From Trypethelium eluteriae (Eukaryota), in the NCBI GenBank assembly GCA_051942245.1, contig JAVECL010000125.1:1-48166 (forward strand): a stretch of DNA of 48,166 nucleotides. The letters are read 5' to 3'. The notes beneath the pieces were generated by a model, which searched no databases, was not told the origin of the DNA, and was given only the letters and a program-made list of their open reading frames with translations. This document shows positions 1 to 11,113 of the stretch, one piece after another (positions within the stretch are counted from its first letter, which is position 1; every line of letters begins with the position of its first letter). Position numbers and translations under genes: made by a program.

Positions 1-840
1 CTCCCATCCCCGACATCTCCCTCGCTCTTCCACTTCTCCAAAGTTGTCTCACCTCTCAGTTCCGGGCGCCCCAAACTCCACATCCACCACTGGTCCCGCA
101 CCACCCTCTCCCACCCTTCTCTCTCCTCACAGAAAACAGCAAACGACTCCCAGGCCCCTCCACCAGCATCCCTCTTCACGCCTCCTCATCTCGCTCCCCT
201 CGCCTACACCCTGGTCACGCAGTCTCTCCTCCCTCACGCCGCGTCTACGCTGTTACTAGAGCGTCAGAGATATCGCAGTGGCGGGGGCGCAGCGGTGCAG
301 GAGTGGACGGTGCGGGTGAATACGCTGGAGGCGATGGTGTGGGCGATAGTCGAGACGCTGGGACGGGAGATTAAGAGGAGAGGAGATGGAGTGGGTGAGG
401 AAGATAAAGATGGAGGGCCGGTGCCGGTTTGCTGGAGTGTGGAACCGGGGAGGGTGGCTCGGTTCTGGTTGGATGGCGGGATAAAGGGTCACCTGGGGGA
501 TGATGGAATTGATGGAGGAGGCAAAGGGGGAAGACGGCGTGCGGCGGATGTGAAGAGGGAGAAGATTGGGCTGGTTAGAGGGTGGTTGGAGGGAAGGGAA
601 GGGGCGCCGTTTGAATTGGGGTTTGAGGAGGGGCCGGAGAGGGTGAAGGATGTACTGTTGCAGCCCCCGAAGAGGAGGAGTGGGAAAAAGGAGTCGGAGA
701 CGGAAGATGCAGAGGTGATGGGAGGCATAAAGGCTGGGAAGTTGGACGACTTGGCTGATTGCTTCCTCCAAGCTGCGACCTGGATACAGTGGGAATGGAA
801 TCGGAGACGAATAATAAACGATTTACAGTCGATAGGATGA
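1..840 (+). CDS. cce1: Mitochondrial Holliday junction resolvase Cce1/Ydc2 family (5' part lies outside the window)
   Basis: Frame 1 is open from base 1 to TGA at 838-840. It contains LLLERQRYRSGGGAAVQEWTVRVNTLEAMVWA and the C-terminal GKLDDLADCFLQA motif typical of fungal Ydc2/Cce1 RuvC-like resolvases. Confidence 0.85.
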   Translation, partial: LPSPTSPSLFHFSKVVSPLSSGRPKLHIHHWSRTTLSHPSLSSQKTANDSQAPPPASLFTPPHLAPLAYTLVTQSLLPHAASTLLLERQRYRSGGGAAVQEWTVRVNTLEAMVWAIVETLGREIKRRGDGVGEEDKDGGPVPVCWSVEPGRVARFWLDGGIKGHLGDDGIDGGGKGGRRRAADVKREKIGLVRGWLEGREGAPFELGFEEGPERVKDVLLQPPKRRSGKKESETEDAEVMGGIKAGKLDDLADCFLQAATWIQWEWNRRRIINDLQSIG

Positions 841-1071
841 AACGGCCATTCACAGGAATGGTGTCCAAACTCCAAAGCTTCTATGCACAAAAATCCCCCC
901 AACGCCTCGCTAAACCAACTTTCTATCGAATGCCAAAACACCGAAGCCGTTGCTCATTCATATTAGGTCCCAAATTTCATCAATCCTAGCATTTCGCCCA
1001 AGCATCGTGCCGCTCCACGAAGGGATTAAAACGGTCAGCCAGTAAAATCAATGGAATCATCCACGCAATTT

Positions 1072-2532
1072 CTACAAGAACAGTGCGAAAAACACTGTTG
1101 TTGCGATAGTTATCAAAGCCACTACCGACACTCTTTCCAAAGCGGGCGCCAGAGATTGTGCCGTCAACCCGCAACATTGCCGGTTGTAAGTGACGTTGTT
1201 CATCGCGGCGGCAACTGCAAAGACTGTACCGTTGGGCATGTTGTAGTAGTCGACAAGAAGGAAGTTCGGGGGCCGAGACCAGCTTGCTGTGGTTCCGACA
1301 CGTTAGCGTGCAAGAACGAAAAATGGTGGGAAAAAGAGTCGTAGCCTGTGGAAAGGGGTGTACACAAACGTACTGGAACAGTTACTGGCTGTCCATCCTA
1401 AGCTCCCGCTCCCTGCTGCGCTCACGTTGTTCGTTGTGTTGATTAGAGCGGTATTAGGGACCAGCAGACTGGTCCCCGCAATATTGATCTCGACATTCAG
1501 ATTATGATTTGCCATATACATCCTCGCTTCTGCATCCTCCCTACTCAGATCCGGCGGCCGCTGCACGGTACACGGGAAGCTAGGATCCGTAGGATCGAAC
1601 GGCGTTTCCCACAGCTGGGAGAATTCATCTAGGATATATGGGACTTCAGTCTGATTTGCATTATAATCCAAAAAGACGACCACACGCTTCGAAGTCAAGA
1701 TCATCTCCGAAAGTAAGGGCCAGTCATCGAGCCCCATAGGGACTTTCGGGGGAACGTAGAGATACGGTGCGAGACCGCTGTTCTGAACGGGTTCTATGAA
1801 ATTAGAGACGGGGCCCAAGTCGCCGTTTCCCATGAGGATTGTTATCACGTCGAAAGGGTGCGCTTCAACCCATCCAGCGACGGTACTCAGATAGTCCTGT
1901 ACGGGTCCAGCGTCTAGAAGGTCGCAGCTCGTATGGCAGAAGTGTAGAGAGCCATTCACCATGTGAGCCTGCCCCTGGAGCATGCGGATGCCGTCGTTCA
2001 GCTGGTCGATGACGTCGAGTGCTTGGTTGCTGGCAGCGTTGTTGGCACGGGTGAACATCGAGTTGTGGGCGGTGACTTCAGTGATATTGCTGTACTTGCG
2101 AGTGCAGAAATCGACGTAGTTGTTACAGGGTTGGGTGTTTGTCGGCGCGGCGGAGGAGGAGGTTCTAGTAGCGGAGGACAGGGCCATGGTGGCGTTGTTG
2201 AGGTGACTGGATGTCCCACCAATTACACTAACAGGTGGTGCCGTGGAAGACGGGGAAGTTTTGGTGCCGGATGTATCCTTGGAGGAGCCTGGGGGATCGC
2301 TAAAAGGTATGGCACTTGGATTGGTGGAGGTGGTGGAGTACGATATGTAGGAGACACCTGAGGTTGGCACGACATCGCCGCCAGTAATCGTCCCGCTGAT
2401 TGAGCCCGAGATCGTTGTCAAAGCAGGACTAGAGAGCAGAGAGGAAGAGGAGTGCGAATTTGATTGAGCTCGGATCTGTAGGATCAAGGAGGCCGTGGCT
2501 AAGATGGCAAAGGATATCATCGCGTTCGGCAT
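1072..2532 (-). CDS. Secreted, probably GPI-anchored PLC-like phosphodiesterase (PI-PLC X-box/TIM barrel), 2 exons
   Basis: Signal peptide MPNAMISFAILATASLILQIRA, Ser/Thr-rich stalk, then CNNYVDFC-RKYSNITEVTAHNS, QLNDGIRMLQGQ and LHFCHTSC. Intron 1287-1373 (GTACGT...CTAAC...CAG). Last exon reads WSRPPNFLLVDYYN...CCG followed by the hydrophobic tail VVALITIATTVFFALFL*. Confidence 0.85.
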
Positions 2533-3317
2533 ATAACAGGGAACCTTTGAAAAGAGAGCCAGGCAGCAGAAACCGCCGGTAGCTATTTCTTGCTGGCGGT
2601 ATTTACGTAGATGTGAGAGGGATGTAATAACGAGAGTGATGAGAGGATCAAGTTCAGGACTCAAAACATGAAAGACGAAACGAATAGAAGCATGACGACA
2701 GGGGAACGCAGTTACTCGGTAGAGCTCATGCAGATCTCTTAGATCAAAGCCAATACCATAGCTCCTTCCGACCCGCCTGGCACCACTTACTGGGAAGTTC
2801 TCACAGGATTCAGGTCCAGACTAAGGGATACGACGAGCGATAGGGTAAACAAGATTAGTGGTTTGGGGCGAAGCACTCTGCAGGGTCACCTTTGCGGTTG
2901 AAAAGGGATCGGTTTCTTCGGGATGACGTCGTGAACCCCACACAAGCTCTTCTTCAGGTCTGACTGGTCTGCCCAAACTGTTTCTTGGGACCGGGGGATC
3001 TCGCCTCCCATGCTTTTTTTGTTGACCGTGCAATCTCGAGCTAGTAACCTGCCACACCATTGATTTCATTCTGCTGCGTCAGCGTCTGCAAGTAGTTTTC
3101 GGAGCAACAATGGTAATCTGTCACTGCTGTGGCTCGGATGAGCCTTGGTGAAATTGCTTGAGCCTTCCAATCTCCTCTCTTGCATGTTTCGTTTATTGTG
3201 ACTTCCCGCCTCTGCAGTGCCAGTCCTTCCCTGTCCCTGGATAGTGGCTGTGTATAGCAGGCTGGGTTACCTCTCGAAAGATCTCTCCTTTCTTCTCTCC
3301 CTCAACAGACACCAATA

Positions 3318-4348
3318 ATGGTGTCTTCACCTTCGTTTACACGCAACCGGGCATCCACGGATCACCATGGCGGATCTACTGCTTCTCACGAGTCACAGCG
3401 AGCCCACGATGCTTATGCAGAACCCCTTTCTCGTGCTCAGATCAAGCGAGCGACCCGAACACGTCTGATTTGGGCCCTCTTATCTTCATTGGCACTCTTA
3501 ATCTCCTTGATATTCCTCATCCTCGTTGAAGTCGGGAACACCTCTGTCGGATCGGTAAAGAATAAGATATACTTTCTCAACCTCAATCTCAGCAATATTG
3601 TTCCTTCGAGCGTACCTAACGCCGTCCTTATCAACAATGTTGCACAAACGATAGGACTGCACGACTTCTACACCGTTGGCCTATGGGGATTCTGCGAAGG
3701 AAACTTCGGACAAGGAGTCACATCTTGCTCTCCACCAAAGACGCTCTACTGGTTCAATCCCGTCGAGATTCTCGTTAACCAGCTTCTGAGTGGATCATCA
3801 AGTACGTCAAGACTTGATGATGAAGCTTACGTACTAACCTCTGACTAGTTGCTCTTCCCAGCCAGGTGACGACGTACCTCCACATCCTCAAAATTGCGTC
3901 ACAGTGGATGTTTGGTCTCTTCCTTACTGGTGCCTGCCTTACTTTCGTCCTGATATTCCTTTCCGTTCTCTCCCTCTATAGCCGATGGATTGCCCTACTT
4001 ATTGGACTTCTCACCCTTCTGAACGCGCTCTTCGTGACAGTTGCGACCGTCCTTGGAACAGCCATCTTCGTGATTCTTGAAGTGGCCTTTGAAAGTGTTG
4101 ACCAGCTCAATATTCAGGCAAACATCGGTGGGAGGATGTTTGCATTCATGTGGATTGCTACTGTTTGCTCTATCATTGCCTTGCTCATTCAGATGGGCAT
4201 GTGCTGTTGTTGCGCCAGCCAACGGGATTTGAGGAAGGGCAAAAAGGGAAGAAAGCAGCCGAAGCCATCAGGACAGTCGGAGTCGCAAGCGCAGATGTCC
4301 GAAAAACCTAGGCGAAGCATCTTTGGGAGAAGGAATCATCAAACGTAA
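3318..4348 (+). CDS. SUR7/PalI-family tetraspan membrane protein, 2 exons
   Basis: GLHDFYTVGLWGFCEG...C claudin-like motif, 4 hydrophobic segments, then CCCC and a basic tail. Intron 3802-3848 (GTACGT...CTAAC...TAG) joins ORFs 3318-3848 and 3866-4348 in frame. Confidence 0.85.
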
Positions 4349-4919
4349 CAGCGTCGAGCTTGCGCGCGGATGACGGTGGGATAATTTGTTGCATATCCAT
4401 ACCTGGCGTCACAGTGGGAATTTCTTGGGTTTTGGATTAGACTTGGCTTTCAGCGTTGTCACGAGTTACGACTAAACTGATAGAGGATGGTCTTCCTAAG
4501 ATTCGATATTTAGCTACACGGCCCTACCTTATACATGGACACAATTCCACCGTCACACATCATTAAACTCACGTAGGCTTTTATTTCAGTGATCTCTGTG
4601 CTTCGCTCTCGTTCATCCAGGTCTTTGGTTAGGCTTTGAAGTACTTTACCAAAGCGTGCTAAGGTACTACAGTAACCTTATGGTTCTCGGCGGGATCACG
4701 TGTGAACGTGGGGGTTTGGCGTGAATCCCTCAATCGGGAGGTGACGTATTGCTGCTCTCGCCCCCGGCAATCACGACTGCTCCCCCATCCTGCTGCCTTC
4801 CTCTTTATCTCTTGCCAACACCATTCTCACTTACCTTGCCCACATAAGGTATCTAACTTCTCTATCACTTTTCTGTAACCTCCTTGTGTTGACCTCATTC
4901 GCTTTAGCAAACTTTGAAC

Positions 4920-6116
4920 ATGGGTTTTGCAGATGGTCTTCGATACATTGGCGGTTCACTTTCTCCAGTACAGCCGAATCCACTGAAGCGAACATCTATT
5001 ACCTCTTATGAGGCTGCAGCGAAGCCGATTGCCGAAAGATCTGACGGTACCTATGGTGTTATCGAAGGACAGGCAAAGATCATCGCTCATGCTTGTGATG
5101 ATGAGGCCGTCCAAAAACCGACAAGGAAGCGGAAGAGAGCGATAGAAGGCAATGACGAAGAGCGTGGTAGAGTGTAAGCAGCAGTTCTCCAACCTGCTAT
5201 AACTCATGAGTTTATTACTGACAGCTTCAAAGATGGCGTAAAAAGATGCCCCAGAAGTCCCAGGTCCTATTAGACCGCGCCTTGAGCAATACGTAAGTAA
5301 GATAATTTGATAATTGACTCTAACAATGCTGATATAGGACACTTCAGCCTATTCATCATCGACCGTATTCGAGCAGGCACTGAGGATTGTCCAGAAGAGA
5401 TGATTGACCTCGCTGGCTCCACAGGCAACATCTATACCATTCACATCAAAAAGCGACCTACTTGCACGTGCCCGGCTTACGAAAAGACAATCAAGCCTGG
5501 CAATGACCTCGGTGACGAGTGCAAGCATATTCTCTACGTAAGAACTCATTGATCCAACGCTTTAGCTAGCAAAAGCTGATATGCTTATCAATAGGTACTC
5601 CACCGCATCCTCAGAGCTCCTCTACAACTCCAATATCAGCTTGCCTTCCTCTCATCCGAACTCCGTGAGATCTTCGCTAACGCCCCCCCAATTCCCTCCG
5701 GCTCACCGTCGGACTCCTCATCCAGCTCGTCCAGCAATCGAAAGCCAATTGAGGATGATTGTCCCATTTGCTGCTGCCCCTTCGATACTGAAAGCGATAA
5801 TGCCGATGATATTGTATGGTGTAAAGCTTCCTGTGGTAATAATATACACAAGACGTGCTTTGAGCAATGGGCCGCTACCAAGAAAGTAGCCAACTACGGC
5901 AGCGCAGCCCCGGTCACCTGCCCATTCTGTCGGTCTCGGTGGCAAGGCGACGAGGACTCGCTCAAGAAGATTGCTAAGTGCGGAGAGAAGAATGCTGAAG
6001 GATACGTGAATGTAGCGGAGCAATTAGGTATTTCACAGGAAAGAGATACCTCGACCTACCATCAACCCTGGGTGAGGCAGCAGCAGAAGGCCGGGAAGCT
6101 TCCGCGTTACTATTGA
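4920..6116 (+). CDS. SWIM zinc finger + RING finger protein, about 4 exons
   Basis: LAGSTGNIYTIHIKKRPTCTCP...CKHILYV (SWIM CxCx(n)CxH). RING: CPICCCPF...WCKASCGNNIHKTCFEQW...CPFCRSRW. Then EGYVNVAEQLGISQERDTSTY; stop TGA at 6114-6116. Introns approx 5174-5232, 5293-5348 and 5538-5594. Confidence 0.85.
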
Positions 6117-7509
6117 ACCAAGGCAGGTTTTAAGATTGAGGGTGCAGGACAAACGATTCGACTCTATCCGGCCCGATGAGCAGACCATTCCACCCTATCC
6201 TGCTAACGACAACAATGGCATACCTCTGCCTACTACTTTCCTAGTCATGTTTATTTGCCCCTCAATTACTCACCCCTAACCTCTACACCATCAACCTCGT
6301 CCTCTTTCTCTTCTGCTTCCTAGCAGCCGTTTGTCATTCTCACCCAGTTCAGCTTTATGCTCGCTCAGCGAAAGGCGTTGGTCGACTCATTATGATTTAC
6401 GGAAAAGTCCATATACCCATACTCTCGGCATTGGTTATGATGACATTTTTGCTTTGCGCTTCTATCCCCAACAGCTTTTTCATTGAGAATTTGCTGAAGA
6501 TCTTTGCTTCATTTCGCCCCGTTTCTTGATACAAGACGTCTCTCGATTGAGACTGTCGACGAAGGGATATAGCTCATTTTGCTTGACTTGAAGTTCTTTC
6601 TTCTTAGGTTCTCAAGCAGTATGCAGTCCAATTAAGAATTAGTTTTGTAAGCGAGTGCGCGATGCTCTTATATTCCGATGTTGCATCTCGATTGCGAATT
6701 TAAGTCTGAGACGCACCTAGAGAATTATAGGAGCGAAGAGTGACTAACGGTGGAGGGATGCCCTTCATCATACTATTAATTATATTTTCCTCACCACCAC
6801 AGAGTCTCAGATCTACCTCCCCACAAGCCCACAAGTGCACCTCGCTGCGAACGATGCTTCGCTTGACCATAAGCAGCCTGTCTAAGAAACGCACACAATG
6901 ACAGCTCCTTCATAAAAAATGCTTAGTATATACAAGATAGAAGACCACATTCCACACCACACGCGGCCAAAAGCCTTGAAGGTGGTAGTGAGAAGCTCAC
7001 TCAGTATCCACGCCAAAACAGGGATTTTCAAGAGAGAAGTGGCAGCCTTCGATGGCCCAACCAAAAAGAGATTCCAAAACGCCGGAGACCCCATGAAGTA
7101 AGCTCTGGTACATGAGGATACGACGAAGAGAACACATAAAGAATAGCAAGACCAGAGACGGCATCCTAGCAACCTTTGACAACGATAGAAATGTCAATCA
7201 GTGAGAGGTAAAGAAGATTACCCGAATAACAGAAGGGAGATCAGACTTGTCTCCATCCACGTGAGAAAGACCTGAAAAAGACCAGGAGCCGAGCTTTTGC
7301 TTTCAGCATAAAGCTGAGCCCGCGGTAAAAGATAGTAGGAAGTCTGCCGATCGGTCTTACTGTGAGATTCCCAACCCAGTCGCCCGCGATAAAAATGCGA
7401 CCACTGAGCTATGAGACATGCTTCTATGAGGATTCTCGGCGCGGCGCTTATTTCGAGACGGCCGTATCTACTATCGTCTCCTGTTGTATATGTAAATGGA
7501 AGGGAAATA

Positions 7510-9060
7510 TTAAGCATTACCAGGCTTCTCCTGCGTATCGATATGCCAGACAACATAGTTTTTGAGACCGTAAACGCCGTAACCCGCACGCTTGGCCATC
7601 TTCGCAAATCCTTCAGTCTCGGCTTGGTTTTCGAAGGCGTAGCAAGGGAAGTTGATACCTAATATCGTCAATTAGATCACCGTTCCACCAAGAAGAAAAA
7701 TCGTGAGACCTTTCTCCGTCTGAAAGTAGGATCAGAGAATAGAAGAAACACATACCACTCCGATGTACGTCTGCCTTGACAATAATGTTAACGCCACCAA
7801 TACCATCAAGCGGGATTTCGACGTCCTTGTCATCCCTCCAGTCGCCCATCTTTGCCATGTATACCCGCTCTGTCTTGTATTCTTTGTAGCCTTCGGCGAG
7901 GACGACGTCCTTGTCGAGCGTGTAGGTCAGCTTGCGGCCAGTCTCAGATTCTTGCCAGGAGTTATAGTCGAAGCGACCTTCGATATCGACCATCTTCCCA
8001 TGGTCTTCTTCGTAGCGATGGAACCAGATATCTGTTCAAGGAACCCGTCCATCAGCCAGCTATTCTTCGTGCTTTCCTCACCAGTCTCCAATGGAAGTAC
8101 CTGGCAGAGAGAGAAAAAGATATCCCAAGAAGACTTACTCGGCACCAACACATCTCGATCATGCGCAATAAAGTCCTCAATAATCTTACTGGGACTGTCC
8201 TTAATATCCACATCCCGCCAATACACCCAGCTATGCTCCGGCTTCAACGCCGCACTCAGCAAATAATTCCTCGCCCTCCCCAGCGCCTTCCGCCGACTCG
8301 CCTGCGCCTTAAAGCTATGCCGATCCTCCACGCCCATACTCTCATGGATGCCAAAATCCTTCTTCACAATCGCCGCGCTGCGAAACGGCACATCCTCGTT
8401 CGGGTTCGCCTGCACCCGCTCCAGCTCCGCCGCCAGCAGGCCCGTCGTGTCGTCCAGCGTGTCGCCGACCAGAAACGCCAGGTCGATCAGGTGGTGCGGG
8501 TAGGTGAGCTGGGTCAGCAGGTCGAAGTACTGCTCGAGGTACGGACTCGCGTCGCGCAGCGGCGTCAGGATGAGCACGCGCTCTTGGTTCGAGACGGCGT
8601 TCGGTGTCGATGCGATCGGGTTCAGGTCGATTTCGGAGATCGTCTCGTTCGTTACTTCGATCGGCGCGTGGTGGTTGAAGATGACGGGTGTTTGCAGGTG
8701 CGCGTTCCATGCGGATTGCTCGTTCGGCGTCATCTCCATGGGAGATTTGGGTGGGCCCCAGCAGTAGAATCTGGGGAAGGCGGCGTTAGTGGTAGTCGCA
8801 TTCTTTTGCGGAGCTGAGAGTGAGAGGGGGGCTTTTTTTTTTATCCCCCACGCCTATAGGCGATTTTTAAGATGGACGATGATGTACCTTTGCACTTCCT
8901 CGGCTGTTCCACTGAGCCCTCTCCATAGCAGTATTATTATTCCGGCAATGGCGACGAAAAGGAGGAATCGAGTCCGGGTCAGAAAGTTCCACATAACTCG
9001 CACGGGAGGCATGCGACTTCGGGCAGACTTCCACGTCATGCCGCTCTTAGGGAGCAGCAT
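7510..9060 (-). CDS. anp1: Anp1/Mnn9/Van1-family (GT62) Golgi mannan polymerase subunit, Anp1-like, 4 exons
   Basis: Type II N-terminal TM (RFLLFVAIAGIIILLW), ERVLILTPLRDA, RARNYLLSAALKPEHSWVYWRDVDI, RFDYNSWQES, LDGIGGVNIIVKADVHRSG, and C-terminal MAKRAGYGVYGLKNYVVWHIDTQEKPGNA*. Assignment to Anp1 rather than Van1/Mnn9 is from recall. Confidence 0.85.
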
Positions 9061-10456
9061 CTTGGAAAGGGTCTAGAGAGGAGAGGGAAAGGGAAACGCC
9101 AGAACGGCGCTCACGAGTTTTGCGCCACGATACAGGATAACGGAGGGTGTCTGGGAAGAAGGGGGGTGAAAAGGCGGAGGTTTGGCGAGGCAAGAGCTGA
9201 TCCAGAGGCGCCGGGAGCTGGAAGGAGTAACGAGCGACAATCAGTCAAATTGAGAATGGAGGTTTTGGAGCGGGTGTGGGAATGAGTGATTCAGAGCAAT
9301 GTCGGATGTATCATGAAGTGTTCTTCTTGCGAAGCAATCGTGCAGACGGGCACGACAAGGATAGAGGCCCATGCTTACGCCTCATACCCGGGTACGCCTC
9401 CCCTCAAATGCCCGTCCCGTCTTACCCAGGACCTCTGCAAGCGTCGCCAGTGCGTCCTTCTTCCGTCACTAGTGGCTGATAGATTTTTATATTGGTTTGT
9501 CGCTTATTCTTGTTGCAAACCGGTACCTATCTTGAAGGATCTTTGACTTACTGGAGAGCCTCACTGCACTGCTTTACTTGTAGCCTCTCTATGGCTAGTC
9601 TGGCTACCTCCAAATCGGATTCAAGGCATCCCCTTGGATTGACGCAAAAGCCATATACAATTAATTTGATGCTATTCTAGCTTCACAGATAATGCCGAAA
9701 ATGCCACGATAGGCTTTGTCATGACAAGCTCATAACGGGTCCAAGCACATAGTACGCCGCAATGCACGCGATTGGACTCAACTTCATACGGAAAGGCGAA
9801 ATCCTGTGCAGACCTGGCTCGAACGCTGTAGACGGAAACGACAGTACTTTTGAAGGGTGAAAAGACAGTGCCCCACCAACGACGTCCTCAGGAGATGCAA
9901 GAGCCACCGCCGGCTGCCATTGCGACGGCCGTGATAGCATGCTTAAGAGACAAATCCACCCATCGCTTTTGAACCTCGAACGCATAGACCTCCCAGCCAT
10001 CCGTCCGTGAAATGCGTGACATGACCTCCAGATGCGGAAGATAAATGTCCGAATCAGATGTCCTACCCTGTATGCTCACGATGAGAGAACGAAATGGTCA
10101 AGAGTAGCACAAACCAAGTCCGCTACGACCGCCCAGTTGTTAACCAAATCATAAGCCTTCGTCCAAATTGCCACGGTCTTGGAAGCCATGTGCTTTCAAA
10201 GCTTCAAAACCCTTGAGGATATTGATGTAGGTATGCTGTCAGAGATGTGGAGGTGGAGGTTTATCCAGACCGAGAAGCATAACTTTCCAAATAGATGCTG
10301 TACCCACAGAGGGTGAAAATGAAACGAGTAAACGAGTGGAGTTGATTCTTTTGTAGACCACACGGGTGGCCTTGATGTTTTGTTCATTTTTGATCATGTC
10401 TCAAGTCCAAGGCAAGGGAGAATTCTCGTCTCGGTGATGTAGTCAGCTGCGAACGA

Positions 10457-11113
10457 TTACGGAAGATCTCCCGGACAGGGCGCCTCTGCCAGCACCCATT
10501 CAGGCTCTTCCGAATCATGTTCCATCTTAACGGAGTCATCTTCCATGGAATCGTCTTCCGTCTGAAAGCAATTGTCTTCGATCTTGCTCCTTCCAGTCTG
10601 ACACCCAGATGATGGGTCAGGACCTTGAAAGATATCCTCCAACTCATCCAAATCTTCTTGCAGTTGACTCAATTTCGCCCCGATCTTTGGGTCCTTAGTC
10701 CCGGCAAATTCAGTAGCCATCGAAGCTGCGAGAGGTTCTATTTCGCCTCGGACATAGTCTCTGACCCAGTAGTACTGGTCAATGACACGCCCGCTTTCCC
10801 GCAGAATGTCGACCTTGACATTTTCAAGATGGCTGTTTATTCTGTTGTTGCGCGTTTGAGATTGACCGCCAACAAGGTCGCCATGCTCCCTGAGTCGCAC
10901 CTCCAGGTCTGACGTTAGGGTTCGGAGGAGCTTCCGATGCGCCTTCTCTCGATCCTTCTTCTCCTTGGGCACGTCTCGAAATTTGATCTCAGGAAAATTC
11001 TCCCTGATGTTAGGGAGCGAACCCGTTGCAACTAATTCCTCGCTCTCAGCTGATTTGTTGCCTCCAGCCGATTTGGTGCATCCGACCGATTTGTTGCGAT
11101 TGCCCGGCATCAT
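10457..11113 (-). CDS. Hypothetical (orphan) protein, 218 aa
   Basis: Uninterrupted ATG-started ORF with charged helical composition and an acidic C-terminus. No motif recognised. Confidence 0.5.
   Translation of the reverse strand: MMPGNRNKSVGCTKSAGGNKSAESEELVATGSLPNIRENFPEIKFRDVPKEKKDREKAHRKLLRTLTSDLEVRLREHGDLVGGQSQTRNNRINSHLENVKVDILRESGRVIDQYYWVRDYVRGEIEPLAASMATEFAGTKDPKIGAKLSQLQEDLDELEDIFQGPDPSSGCQTGRSKIEDNCFQTEDDSMEDDSVKMEHDSEEPEWVLAEAPCPGDLP

Noticed and set aside
6240..6720. A-rich minus-strand stretch with Lys/Glu-rich translations resembling a coiled-coil relic
   Set aside because: All frames have multiple stops and no motif; I cannot distinguish it from ordinary intergenic or UTR sequence.
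7852..8817. Long antisense ORFs (321 aa here; also 22391-23521, 376 aa, and many shorter ones)
   Set aside because: They are shadows of GC3-rich sense genes (anp1, pcs60) with no recognisable motifs.
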